A stretch of DNA of 64,000 bases from an uncultured Armatimonadetes bacterium (GCA_963717145.1 OY970325.1:512001-576000); one strand, 5' to 3'. Positions 19,661-31,300 are shown, numbered from the stretch's first letter. The notes: generated from the letters alone by a model not told the origin. A program made the numbers and translations.

Positions 19661-19715
19661 AGCATAACTGGGGCAGTTTACACAATGCTTTCACCGCGCT
19701 TGTCTGTGTCTTAAA
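19661..19715 (-). promoter_or_regulatory. Putative Pho box promoter of the porin gene
   Basis: TTTACA (19677), CTTTCA (19688), CTTGTC (19699) and CTTAAA (19710) at an 11-bp period; -10 TATGCT lies 10 bp away, the same geometry as pstS. Confidence 0.7.
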
Positions 19716-19785
19716 GGTGGATCGGCATCACCGCCGGGTGTTGCAGAATACCCTGTGCGGCTGTACAATGCCTTGGGAGGCGCGT

Positions 19786-20463
19786 ATGGCGAAGGTCCTG
19801 ATAGTCGAAGATGAAGCCCCGCTGGCCGAGACGATTGCCTACAATCTCTCCGAGGAGGGGTACAAGGTCTGTATCGCGGCCGATGGGCCGTCGGCGTTGA
19901 AGATGATGGAGCAGGAGAAGCCTGACCTTGTGCTCCTGGACATCATGCTCCCCGGCATCGACGGGCTGGAGGTCTGCCGATTGATCCGCCGCACGTCGAA
20001 CATCCCCATCCTGATGCTGACCGCCAAGTCGAGGGAGATCGACAAGGTGGTCGGGCTGGAAGTCGGCGCGGACGACTACATAACGAAGCCATTCGGGATG
20101 CTGGAACTGATCGCGCGCATCCGAACCGCGCTGCGCCGCTCGATGCAGGGCGCTCAGCCGCAGAATGTCCTCGCGGCCAATGGAGTCGAACTCGATGTCG
20201 AACGCCGGGCCGTCAAGATCGAGGGGAAAGAGGTGCATCTGCGCCTCAAGGAATTCGAGCTGCTTCACATCCTGCTCGCAAATCGGGGACGGGTGATGGA
20301 GCGCTCAGTCCTCCTCGATCGAATCTGGGGAGAGGACGAGTACATCGACGCGGGAACCGTCGATGTCCACATTCGGCGGCTCAGGGAGAAAGTGGAGGAG
20401 AACCCCTCCAGGCCCGAGCGGATACTCACCGTTCGAGGAGTTGGCTACAAGTTCGCGGAATGA
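19786..20463 (+). CDS. phoB: OmpR-family response regulator (PhoB/PhoP-like)
   Basis: VEDE, LLDIMLP, GADDYITKPF and VDVHIRRLREK...TVRGVGY. Confidence 0.9.
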   Translation: MAKVLIVEDEAPLAETIAYNLSEEGYKVCIAADGPSALKMMEQEKPDLVLLDIMLPGIDGLEVCRLIRRTSNIPILMLTAKSREIDKVVGLEVGADDYITKPFGMLELIARIRTALRRSMQGAQPQNVLAANGVELDVERRAVKIEGKEVHLRLKEFELLHILLANRGRVMERSVLLDRIWGEDEYIDAGTVDVHIRRLREKVEENPSRPERILTVRGVGYKFAE

Positions 20464-20531
20464 GATAGACAACGAGTGTGTCATTCTGAGCACATTACTG
20501 CACTGCATGCAGTTTGTTCCCTTGGGAAACC

Positions 20532-20646
20532 ACCGTCAGTCCTGAGTTCGCCGGTGAATGACGGCGTGTAACGAAGGACGGCCTTACTGCACCGAGCCGT
20601 CCTTCGTTACACGCCGTCATTCACCGGCGAACTCAGGACTGACGGT
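20532..20646. repeat. Perfect inverted repeat (50-bp arms) between phoB and phoR
   Basis: ACCGTCAGTCCTGAGTTCGCCGGTGAATGACGGCGTGTAACGAAGGACGG and its reverse complement. Confidence 0.9.
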
Positions 20647-20665
20647 TGGCAATCTGGAAACGACC

Positions 20666-22525
20666 ATGAAGCCATTTCGAAGTATTCGATGGAAAATCAC
20701 ATTCGCGTACCTGCTCGTCCTGGCATCCATCGCAGTGCTTGGCATCTATCTGTCGCGGTGGACCGAGGACTACTACGTGTCGTCACTCCGGGGGGAACTG
20801 CTCAGGGAGTGCCGCTTCGTGGGGAAGCTCGCCGAGCCGCTGGCAGCATCCGGGCCGAGAGCAGTCGATCCCCTCGCCAAGCAGGCGGGTACGGAGCTTG
20901 GACGCCGCGTCACGATCATCGACGTCAATGGTCGAGTGCTTGGCGACAGTGAGACCGATTACGCCACGATGCAACCCCACAACAATCGCCCGGAGGTCCG
21001 ACAGGCCCTCGCATCCGGGTCGGGATGGGCGATCCGATACAGCGACACCCTGCACATCAGGATGCTCTACGTCGCCGTTCGAGTTGGAGGGCAGAAGACT
21101 CTCGGGGTCGCACGGCTTGCCGAGGACTTGTCGCTTGTCGATAAGGCGACAGGGATCATCCACAGGGTGTTCTTCATGGCGGCCCTGCTCGTGTTCCTGA
21201 TCGCCGTGTTCGTCGGAGCGATGATCTCCAGGCACGTCTCAGCGCCCATCTCGTCCATGAGTGTCGCCGCCAGGAGATTCGCTCGGGGTGATCTCGATTG
21301 GCGGCTGGATGTACCTGGTGAACCAGGGAATGAGATCGACGAACTGGGCATCACGCTGAATCGAATGGCCGCCGAGCTTCGTCGCGCCATGGACGAGCTT
21401 GCTGCCGATAAGGGTAAGCTGCAGGCGATCCTCGACAAGGCGGACGACGGGATTGCCGTCGTGGACGCGAACGCCCGCGTGGAGATGCTCAACCCCGCGG
21501 CGTCGGGTCTACTCGGCGCGGACATCAGGCAGGTTCAGGGCAAGACCGTCATCGAGGCCACTCTGAGCCATGACATCTCCGAGTTGGTGACACGTGTCCT
21601 TCGTAACGGCGCTCCCGCAACACTGGAAGTTCAGCTCCGGGCGACGGAGCAGGCCTACGTGAATGTATATGTCGCCCCGCTGGAGCGACCCGACGGCCCG
21701 CCCGGCGCACTGATCGTTATGCACGATCTGACCGCCGCAAAGCGCATAGATTCCATACGCAGGGACTTCGTGGCGAACGTGAGCCATGAGCTGAGAACCC
21801 CGCTCGCCTCGATCAAGGCCATGGCCGAGACGATAATCCTCAGAGGGAAGACTGATGCCAAAGTCGCAGGCGAGTTCGCAGAGAAGATCATGACAGAAGC
21901 GGATCGGTTGACCGCCATCTCCGAGGACCTCCTCGATCTGGCGACGATCGAGTCCGGATGGCGCGCGATTCGGAGGGACGAGTTCCGAATCTCGGAGTTG
22001 GTCGGCCGGGTTGTATCCGAGTGCGCGCCGAGAGACGGAGAGATGCGGCACGAGGTCGTCGTCGATATGGCGGACGACCTGGTTGTGCATGGCGATCGGG
22101 ACGCGATCCACCAGGTTCTGGCGAATCTCATCGACAATGCGGTGAGATACACTCCCCCCGGCGGCCGAGTCACCATCTCAGCCGGGGTGGGGGACGGCCG
22201 GCTCTCGATTGAGGTGGCCGACACTGGGATCGGCATCCCGGCCGAGGACCTCCCGCGCATATTCGAGCGCTTCTACCGCGTAGACAGGGCCCGGTCGAAG
22301 GCATCGGGCGGAACGGGCCTGGGCCTCTCGATAGTAAAGCACCTCACCGAACTCATGGGCGGAACGGTCTCCGTCACGAGCGAAGTCGGCAAGGGAAGCA
22401 CCGTCACCGGTCACCCTCCCGATGGGCTAGACGAGTCCTGCCTGACTCCTCCTCCGGCCTGGAGATCACCCACCCGACTCGCAAGACCTCCCGTCTCTAC
22501 CGGCACGGAGTACAGGGAGGAATGA
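20666..22525 (+). CDS. phoR: Sensor histidine kinase PhoR (2 TM, HAMP, PAS, HisKA, HATPase); true end probably ~22430
   Basis: DFVANVSHELRTPL, NLIDNA, FERFYRVD and GGTGLGLSIVK. An extra base near 22409 masks the ending GSTVTVTLPMG*. Confidence 0.9.
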   Translation: MKPFRSIRWKITFAYLLVLASIAVLGIYLSRWTEDYYVSSLRGELLRECRFVGKLAEPLAASGPRAVDPLAKQAGTELGRRVTIIDVNGRVLGDSETDYATMQPHNNRPEVRQALASGSGWAIRYSDTLHIRMLYVAVRVGGQKTLGVARLAEDLSLVDKATGIIHRVFFMAALLVFLIAVFVGAMISRHVSAPISSMSVAARRFARGDLDWRLDVPGEPGNEIDELGITLNRMAAELRRAMDELAADKGKLQAILDKADDGIAVVDANARVEMLNPAASGLLGADIRQVQGKTVIEATLSHDISELVTRVLRNGAPATLEVQLRATEQAYVNVYVAPLERPDGPPGALIVMHDLTAAKRIDSIRRDFVANVSHELRTPLASIKAMAETIILRGKTDAKVAGEFAEKIMTEADRLTAISEDLLDLATIESGWRAIRRDEFRISELVGRVVSECAPRDGEMRHEVVVDMADDLVVHGDRDAIHQVLANLIDNAVRYTPPGGRVTISAGVGDGRLSIEVADTGIGIPAEDLPRIFERFYRVDRARSKASGGTGLGLSIVKHLTELMGGTVSVTSEVGKGSTVTGHPPDGLDESCLTPPPAWRSPTRLARPPVSTGTEYREE

Positions 22526-22535
22526 CCCTTTTATT

Positions 22536-22710
22536 GTGCCTGTCCCCATTTCTCCCTGTGAATATCCGTGCCTGTCCCCATTTTTCAGTCGACCCACTCT
22601 CCCACTCCCCATTCCGCATTCCGCATTCGAGTACGGCATGACGATATCGAGTCAGATCATTGACGGTTCTATAAATATCCGTGCCTGTCCCCATTTCCTG
22701 TCCCCATTTC
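22536..22710. repeat. Short intergenic repeats GTGCCTGTCCCCATTT (3 copies plus a partial)
   Basis: Copies at ~22536, ~22568 and ~22681, two of them preceded by AATATCC. Confidence 0.7.
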
Positions 22711-22719
22711 CCGTCGATT

Positions 22720-23091
22720 TCACCCTGAGCGTGATGCCGAGCCTGCCCTCCAACAGCACAGCCCGAACAGCGCAATAGCGCTGATCGCTAGAACGGCAAA
22801 CCATGCCTTTGGAAGCAGAACCGAGGGCGAGACTATCATGGCAGCAATTAAAGTCGGCCGCACGATTTCCCGCAATGTGACTCTCTCCCTGTCGGGTCCA
22901 AATCGCTGCAGTACATACTGAACGGCCACCAGGAAGATCGTGATCGCTAGCGCCGTCGCAGGCACAAGCTGCCACCATAGCAACTGACGTGTCGCATCGA
23001 TGAATGCGAAGAAGACCCATATCAGCACAAGGATGGCTGCCGCTCCCCACATATCCTGCCACCTCAGTTTCGATCCGCTGTTCATGCACAT
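22720..23091 (-). CDS. Membrane protein, putative immunity to orphan Rhs-CT 2
   Basis: RBS GGAGGA, 3-4 TM segments, directly downstream of the toxin tip. Confidence 0.6.
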   Translation of the reverse strand: MCMNSGSKLRWQDMWGAAAILVLIWVFFAFIDATRQLLWWQLVPATALAITIFLVAVQYVLQRFGPDRERVTLREIVRPTLIAAMIVSPSVLLPKAWFAVLAISAIALFGLCCWRAGSASRSG

Positions 23092-23164
23092 CCTCCCGAC
23101 CGGGAGTCGCCATCTACCCTAGGCCACGGCTCCCGTTGATGACCGATCCACGCCAGCATAGTGT

Positions 23165-24890
23165 TTACAATTGTAGAAGCTTGCGGTAACACTTGTACGT
23201 ACATACTGCCACCGCTACCTCAGCCACCAAGACGCATACCTGTGCACCGGAGGCACCTCCTCTCGTCGCGACGAGAGCCTTCCAGAACTTCTTGGCAGCT
23301 TCACAGAGCACCTTGGCGCAGCCCAGTGTGCCAAGCCAACTCCCTTGCCCGGCCTTGAAGCATTTCACGACAGCCGCTGTACCAGCTGCTGCCCACGTTG
23401 CCACGTCCTTCAATTTTAGGTAATCCGCTAGGCAATTGAGGTATTCCTTTTCGTAGTCCCAGTAGGAGCCGGAATGGAGACCTCTCGGATCGACCAGCAC
23501 TGTTGGACGGTTATCAGCATAGGCAAACCAGTTCCATCCATCCTTGATTGGGTCCCTCTGCGTGAACCGCCCGGTCTCGGGATCGTAGAACCTCACCCCA
23601 AGCTGGAGTAGGTCGAGGTTGTCATCCTGGTAGTGAGTGTAGTACCCAAGCTGCCCGACGTACTGGTAGGGCTGCTCGGTCGAGCCGTAGATATGGTACG
23701 TGTTTCCCCACGCGTCATACAAGTACACGTCGGTCATGTCGCCGGCGGCATCCGTGATCAGGTGGGTCGATCCCAACTCATCGAAGTAGTAGTACAGAAC
23801 CGGCGGCGCCTCGCCTGAGCCTTCGACCCGCGCGATCAACTCTCCTCCCGGTTCGCGCACGTAGTAGAACGAGCCGTCCGCCGGTGTGATCTCTTCCACG
23901 ACCGCCGGTATCCCCGCCGTCGTGTCATACACGAACTCGGTCGTCGCGTCGTCCTCTGAGCTTGTGAAGCTCACGCGGTTCGAGTCGGCATCCCAAGCCA
24001 TCTCAGTGGGATAGCTAGCCCCGACGTGGGTCACCGATTCGAGCAACTCTGCTGCCGTATACGTGTAGGTCTTCTGGAGGGTTCCGCCACTGCTCTTCTG
24101 CTCGTGCAGACTTCCGCTCGGGTAGTAGGTATACTGATGCTGAGTCGGCCACGTGACGAGCTTGTCGGTCGCATCATACGTCATCGGGTTCGACGGCGGA
24201 TACTTCCGGTTCCCGACCCAGTCGTAGTTGTAGACCGTGCCGCTGGAGTTCGACAGCCGGTTGTTCGCATCGTAGGTGTACGAACTCGTCGTCCCCCAGT
24301 CTACGTCTATGTAACTCGGATTCCCCGAGTCGTCTCGCTGCTGATACTCGACGGACGCGATCGCAGTCGCGCCATCGTAATGCGTGATCGCCTGTACGAG
24401 TGAGCGAGGGTCGGTCGCCCCGAAGTCGTAAGTCGTGCTCGTGCCGTTGACCAGATCGACCCGCGTGCGGTTGCCGATCTCGTCGTAGGTGTACTTCGCA
24501 AGCCAACTGTTGCCCTTGTCGACTTCCTTCAGCCAGCCGTTCGCATAGTAGAGGTAGTCCACATCGAGCTTGGGGGTGCCGCTCTGCTTCAGGGTGACAT
24601 TCGTCTTCTGCCCGAGGGCGTTGTATACATACCCGATCTCGCGGTTCGAGGGCGCTGCCGGTGTATAGGTCACAAGCCGGTCCTGAATGTCGTAGTCGTA
24701 GCCGGACTCACCGTTGGAGTCCGTCATCGTGTCCCGAAGCCGGCTCCCGCCGACGTATGCGTAGGATACATCGGGGCTGGTGATGGCCGCGACAGGCCAG
24801 GAGCCATGCTGGTAATCCACCTTCCTGAGACGGTTGAGTGCGTCATACTCATACGCGGTGACCGGTCGACTTGCGCCCACTCGCTTGCCC
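23165..24890 (-). pseudogene. Orphan Rhs module 2 (partial core plus distinct C-terminal toxin)
   Basis: ~1.35-kb near-copy of the main Rhs core, RFYDPETGRFTQRDP...DPRGL then a unique Cys/Ala-rich tip; no N-terminus. Confidence 0.85.
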
Positions 24891-24898
24891 CAGGACGG

Positions 24899-25888
24899 CT
24901 ACTTGGATGGTGGTTGGCGCAACAGCAGCTCCGCGATGTTGTTGTGACCCGCACGGCGTGTCAACTCCACAGTGGTGAAGCCCCGAGTCTTTACTGTTGG
25001 GTCTGCTCCCTGAGCGAGAAGATACTCCACCACAAGCCTATGGCCTTGCATCGCCGCCACCTGGAGGGCTGTGTACTGCGTGGACTCTCCGCCTTTGGAA
25101 TCGAGATCAGTGACCCTGGCTCGCAGGAATCTCACCATACTCAGGTTTCCGGACCTCGCAGCTTCCCTGAAGGCCTGTGCGTCTACATGTGCGCCATTCT
25201 TCGCTAGGAACTCAACAACCTCAAGATGGCCATTACGAGCGGCAAGGGACACAGGTGACCAATAGTTCTGCTGGGAATTGGCAGCCCGTGGATCACGTTC
25301 CACTTCGGCCCTCACCGCGTCCAAGTCGCCGAGTGCAGCGGCCTCGTGGATCTTTGACCCTGGTTTGACCCCAACCCTCTTCAACAGGCTGATGGCATCT
25401 CTTTGTCCACCTTCCACAGCAAGCATTATGGGCGTAAGCCCATGCTCGTCAGTGGCGTTGGGGTCTGCTCCTTTAGCCAACAGTAGGTTCATGACACAGA
25501 TATCCCCGCGCTCGGCCGCATAGTGAAGCGCCGTCAACTGACTCCAGTCCTTGTAGTTCACGTCTGCTCCCTTGCGAATCAGTAGTTCTGCGATTTTCGT
25601 ATGCTTCTGCTTGACTGATATTACCAGTACCGACTCCGGGAACCAGTTAAGTTCACCCTCTGTGATCTCTGCATTGGCTAGACTGGGGTAATGCTTCAGA
25701 AGTTGCTCTGCGGCCGCGTAGTCCCCAGTGTCAACGGCACGGATCATCGCACGCTCACGGGAAGTGTTTGCCCTGGAACACCCGCAGACGTTGGCAGCGA
25801 CTAATGCTACAATAGTTAAATATAGAATATGGGCACTACAGAAAGGCAGCTTCTCGGCGTTTCCCATGGTTTTGCCGTCCCTCTCCAT
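24899..25888 (-). CDS. Exported ankyrin-repeat protein, putative immunity
   Basis: TALHYAAERG, TPIMLAV, GADPN repeats and a lipoprotein-like N-terminus (NVCGC). Confidence 0.8.
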   Translation of the reverse strand: MERDGKTMGNAEKLPFCSAHILYLTIVALVAANVCGCSRANTSRERAMIRAVDTGDYAAAEQLLKHYPSLANAEITEGELNWFPESVLVISVKQKHTKIAELLIRKGADVNYKDWSQLTALHYAAERGDICVMNLLLAKGADPNATDEHGLTPIMLAVEGGQRDAISLLKRVGVKPGSKIHEAAALGDLDAVRAEVERDPRAANSQQNYWSPVSLAARNGHLEVVEFLAKNGAHVDAQAFREAARSGNLSMVRFLRARVTDLDSKGGESTQYTALQVAAMQGHRLVVEYLLAQGADPTVKTRGFTTVELTRRAGHNNIAELLLRQPPSK

Positions 25889-25922
25889 TACCTGACACCA
25901 ACCGTACCAGGTGTTCTGGTCA

Positions 25923-27794
25923 TCACTTTGGCTTGGGTGGATCTAGGATCTCCCATTCTTTCTGGTGATCCATGCAGCACTGCACACACGACTTACCCTT
26001 CTCATCTGCACAGGCCATGCCGATATTGTTATTGTGCTTGTCCATCCGGCACTCTTCTCCTCTGCGGGGCTTTATGAACTCGGGTATCGGAAACTCGTAG
26101 ACACCATTCAGGTACGCGCGCACACCCGTCCCACCAACGCAATCGAATACGCCCCTGCAATCTCTCATCGTCCGGCAGGCTCGAACGCAGTGACCAAGCG
26201 CGTTCCTCTCGTTTCTTCCCTTATCGCCACTGTTATCAATCGCTATCCTATATTTATACAGATACTCTTCTGTCTCCGTGTAGCCCTTGTCCGATGCGCG
26301 CCGAGAGCACGTATGACAGGCCGCAAACCACCTAGCTGCAGCACATACCAATTCAGTAACGATCTCTCCCGAGGGATCAACCAAGGCCGTCGGTCGGTCC
26401 TGGACATAAGCGTAGTTAGAAGCTGTCAGTGCAGGCACGGGATCCCTCTGCGTGAAGCGCCCCGTCTCCGGGTCATAGAACCGCACCCCAAGCTGGAGGA
26501 GGTCGAGGTTGTCATCCTGGTAGTGGGTGTAGTACCCAAGCTGCCCGACGTACTGATACGGCTGCTCGGTCGAGCCGTAGATATGGTACGTGTTTCCCCA
26601 CGCGTCATACAAGTACACGTCGGTCATGTCGCCGGCGGCATCCGTGATCAGGTGGGTCGATCCCAACTCGTCGAAGTAGTAGTACAGGACCGGCGGTGTC
26701 CCAGTCGAGCCTTCGACCCGCGCGATCAACTCTCCTCCCGGCTCTCGGACGTAGTAGAACGAGCCGTCCGCCGGTGTGATCTCCTCGACGACCGCCGGTA
26801 TCCCCGCCGTCGTGTCATACACGAACTCGGTCGTCGCGTCGTCCTCTGAGCTTGTGAAGCTCACGCGGTTCGAGTCGGCATCCCAAGCCATCTCAGTGGG
26901 ATAGCTAGCCCCGACGTGGGTCACCGATTCGAGCAACTCTGCTGCCGTATACGTGTAGGTCTTCTGGAGGGTTCCGCCGCTGCTCTTCTGCTGATATAGG
27001 CTTCCGCTCGGGTAGTAGGTATACTGATGCTGAGTCGGCCACGTGACGAGCTTGTCGGTCGCATCATACGTCATCGGGTTCGACGGCGGATACTTCCGGT
27101 TCCCGACCCAGTCGTAGTTGTAGACCGTGCCGCTGGCGTTCGCCAGCCGGTTGTTCGCATCGTAGGTGTACGAACTCGTCGTGCCCCAGTCCAAGTCTAT
27201 GTAATTCGGATTCCCCGAGTCGTCTCTCTGCTGGTAGTCGACCTGGCTGATCGCAGTCGCGCCATCGTAGTGCGTGATCGCCTCTACAAATGAGCGAGGG
27301 TCGGTCGCCCCGAAGTCGTAAGTCGTACTCGTGCCGTTCACGAGATCGACTCGCGTGCGGTTGCCGATCTCGTCGTAGGTATACTTCGCAAGCCAACTGT
27401 TGCCCTTATCGACCTCCTTCAGCCAGCCGTTCGCGTAGTAGAGGTAGTCCACATCGAGCTTGGGGGTGCCGCTCTGCTTCAGGGTCATGTTCGTCTTCTG
27501 CCCGAGGGCGTTGTATACATACCCGATCTCGCGGTTCGACTGCGCTGCCGGTGTATAGGTCACAAGCCGGTCCTGGATGTCGTAGTCGTAGCCGGACTCA
27601 CCGGTGGAGTCGGTCATCGTGTCCCGAAGCCGGCTTCCGCCCACATATGCATACGTGACATCCGCAGTGGTGATGGTCCCAACAGGCCAGGAGCCATGCT
27701 CGTAATCAACCTTCCTGAGACGGTTCAGGGCGTCATACTCATACGCGGTGATCGGTCCACTTGTGCCCACTCGCTTCCCGATCAGGTTTCCGAC
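25923..27794 (-). pseudogene. Orphan Rhs module 1 (partial core plus distinct C-terminal toxin)
   Basis: Core nearly identical to 28880-30235; DPSGE then a tip with NALGHCVRAC...MDKHNNNIG. Confidence 0.85.
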
Positions 27795-27795
27795 C

Positions 27796-28236
27796 CTATT
27801 CTGGAGCTTCCGTCCTCTCAGCTTCGCCACTGGCAGGCAGAAGTTCTTTTCGCAAAGCAAGGCGACCACCTATCCAGCCTCCGGGTACGGCAGCCAACAT
27901 GCCTACAAGACATTGATATACCGCCAAGCGCCATAGGTATACCCCATCCGGTCGCAACCGGATGAAGAGCCCAGTCCACACAAGCAGCGGAACTGCAGCA
28001 TAGGCCCACCCATGCCGTGGCAGCCTCCTTCCCACAAACAATCCGACGGCCAAGCAGATAAGCGCATAGACTGCTATCTCTGCAGTCCGCGGAGGTCTCC
28101 AATAGTTAACAAAAGCCCAGCCTACCCCCACGTAGGCGCACGCGAAGAGGATTTCGCTCAGCATGAGAGTCAGGAATACTCGCCTTACCGTATTCCTTGC
28201 CGGTGCAGCCTCCGCTACCGTGATCATTGTTGCCAT
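27796..28236 (-). CDS. Membrane protein, putative immunity to the main Rhs toxin
   Basis: RBS GAGGAG, ~4 TM segments, lower GC, downstream of the toxin. Confidence 0.6.
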   Translation of the reverse strand: MATMITVAEAAPARNTVRRVFLTLMLSEILFACAYVGVGWAFVNYWRPPRTAEIAVYALICLAVGLFVGRRLPRHGWAYAAVPLLVWTGLFIRLRPDGVYLWRLAVYQCLVGMLAAVPGGWIGGRLALRKELLPASGEAERTEAPE

Positions 28237-28387
28237 CTCTCCTCTTCCTGAATTGACCTATCATAGTCCATGCCAGGATGGCGCTATCCTTGTGGGGTAC
28301 CATCTGATTAGCCGCATGCGTTCCCAAGACCAGCCGCGATCTCTCTCCGCTAAACAGATGGATCGAAGAGAAACCATGTTACCTGCC

Positions 28388-31300
28388 CTAGTTACCACAA
28401 TGCTCGTGCTTTGGCTCCTTCACACACGCTCGGTATTCCTCCCCACAGGATTTCCTGTTGGCTTTCAGAGCTTTCTCATAGTCGTGCTTGGCACTCTTAA
28501 GACAGTCAGCTTCAGGGTCATAGCCCATGAGCTTGCAGGCTCTGTCAGCCCCCTTTGACCAGCTACCATCCGGCGGCAGCCACAACTCACCCTCCTTGGG
28601 CTTGATCTTGCTACACTCGCTCTGCAAGTCCTCCAGAAACCATTTTATCCACGGCCCGCATAGCGCCTTATCCAAATCATAGCCCAGCTTAGCAAGATCG
28701 CTACCGTTCTGGAGGCAACGCGCTTTATCCTTTCCACAGTGCTTCTTCCGCTCAACGCTGTTCGGCGGCCCTTGGTCTTTGCACCATGCATCCGGCGGCA
28801 TAAGCTCAAGGCCGGAAGGGTCCGTAGAAATGGTAGGCTGGTCATCGGTGTACGTATACCAGTTCATCCCATCTCTGGCCGGATCCCTCTGCGTGAACCT
28901 CCCCGTCTCCGGGTCGTAGAAGCGAACTCCGAGTTGTAGCAGGTCGAGGTTGTCATCCTGGTAGTGCGAGTAGTACCCAAGCCGCCCGACGTATTGGTAC
29001 GGCTGCTCGGTCGAGCCGTAGATATGGTACGTGTTTCCCCACGCGTCATACAGGTACACGTCGGTCATGTCGCCGGCGGCATCCGTGATCAGGTGGGTCG
29101 ATCCCAACTCATCGAAGTAGTAGTACAGAACGGGCGGCGCCTCGCCTGAGCCTTCGACCCGCGCGATCAACTCTCCTCCCGGTTCGCGCACGTAGTAGAA
29201 CGAGCCGTCCGCGGGTGTGACCTCCTCGACGACTGCCGGTATCCCCGCCGTCGTGTCATACACGAACTCGGTCGTCGAGTCGTCCTCCGAACTGGTGATG
29301 CTCACCCGGTTCGAGTCTCCATCCCAGGCCATCTCAGTGGGATAGCTAGCCCCGACGTGGGTCACCGATTCGAGCAACTCTGCTGCCGTATACGTGTAGG
29401 TCTTCTGGAGGGTTCCGCCGCTGCTCTTCTGCTGATATAGGCTTCCGCTCGGGTAGTAGGTATACTGATGCTGAGTCGGCCACGTGACGAGCTTGTCGGT
29501 CGCATCATACGTCATCGGGTTCGACGGCGGATACTTCCGGTTCCCGACCCAGTCGTAGTTGTAGACCGTGCCGCTGGCGTTCGCCAGCCGGTTGTTCGCA
29601 TCGTAGGTGTACGAACTCGTCGTGCCCCAGTCCAAGTCTATGTAATTCGGATTCCCCGAGTCGTCTCTCTGCTGGTAGTCGACCTGGCTGATCGCAGTCG
29701 CGCCATCGTAGTGCGTGATCGCCTCTACAAATGAGCGAGGGTCGGTCGCCCCGAAGTCGTAAGTCGTACTCGTGCCGTTCACGAGATCGACTCGCGTGCG
29801 GTTGCCGATCTCGTCGTAGGTATACTTCGCAAGCCAACTGTTGCCCTTATCGACCTCCTTCAGCCAGCCGTTCGCGTAGTAGAGGTAGTCCACATCGAGC
29901 TTGGGGGTGCCGCTCTGCTTCAGGGTCATGTTCGTCTTCTGCCCGAGGGCGTTGTATACATACCCGATCTCGCGGTTCGCGGGCGATGCAGGTGTATAGG
30001 TCACAAGCCGGTCCTGGATGTCGTAGTCGTAGCCGGACTCACCGGTGGAGTCGGTCATCGTGTCCCGAAGCCGGCTTCCGCCCACATATGCATACGTGAC
30101 ATCCGCAGTGGTGATGGTCCCAACAGGCCAGGAGCCATGCTCGTAATCAACCTTCCTGAGACGGTTCAGGGCGTCATACTCATACGCGGTGATCGGTCCA
30201 CTTGTGCCCACTCGCTTGCCGATCAGGTTTCCGACGTCATCGTACTCGAACAACTCGGATGCGAGGGCGTCCTGCCCCTGAGAAACTGCGGGATAGTCGA
30301 TCTGCACGACGCGGTCGTTCTTATCGTACGTGTACGTCGTCTCTCTCACCGTGCTGGAGTCGGAGCGAGTCTTGACCGTCGCCACGTTGCCAAAGTAATC
30401 GTAGGTGTATTCGACAAGCGGATAGGTCTCTGACTGGCCCGTCGTGCTCGTCCATACCTTGGTGACCCGCTTGGCGTCATCGTAGGCGTAGTAGGTGTAG
30501 CGCTCCTCCTCGTCCCTCGTGGAAGTCAGAGTGCAACAAGAGTAGTTCGATTGAGTGTAGACGGTCGGACTCCCACCCGACTTGGCATAGATCGTCTGAA
30601 GCTGCCGCCCCTGGGCGTCGTAGGTATTCCAGATGGTTCGACTGTCCGCATCGGTGGTGCTCAGCACGCGACCCATGACATCGTACTCCGTGTACTCCGG
30701 CGTGTCAACGTATGCGGGGGTCTGGAGGCTGCCGTCCCACCATCGGTAGGTCACCTCTGTCGGACCGGGTTCGAGGCGGGTGTCGTTCATGTAGTCATAC
30801 TTCTTGTAGTACGCGTACGATCCGTCGATGCCTTCGACGGTCTCCTGCGCGAGGAGGCCGATCTGATCGCCGGATGTGTGGTAGCTGTACGTCTTGAGGA
30901 CAGGATCCGTCGCCCAGTTGGCGTCATTGCTGTCCACCTGGATCTCATCTACCCGGTGGAGAGTATCATCATCCCGCACGTAGTGGGTGTAGTTGTCCCG
31001 CACGTTCTTGACGGTCATCGGCCAGAGCGTCATGCTCCCGTCATGCCAGTAGTACTCGTAGCTTTCCGTCGGGATGTCTTCGCCGACTTGCGGATAGGTG
31101 ACGGTGTCGACCGCGCCTGTGGCGTCATGGTACTCGTAAGTCGTCACCCGACCGAGCGCATCCACGACGGCGAAAGGCTTCCCGACCAGGTTTCTTCCGA
31201 TAACGAGGTCCGTATCCACCTCCGCCGAATCAGCGGTTGTCATCCCCTCGAACTCGGCGTCCGTTCCCTCCGGGACGTAGGTGCGGTAGGTCGTGGTGTT

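Noticed and set aside
23550-30235. Diversity-generating retroelement or IS-mediated duplication
   Set aside because: No reverse transcriptase or transposase; differences are not adenine-specific; explained by Rhs orphan cores.
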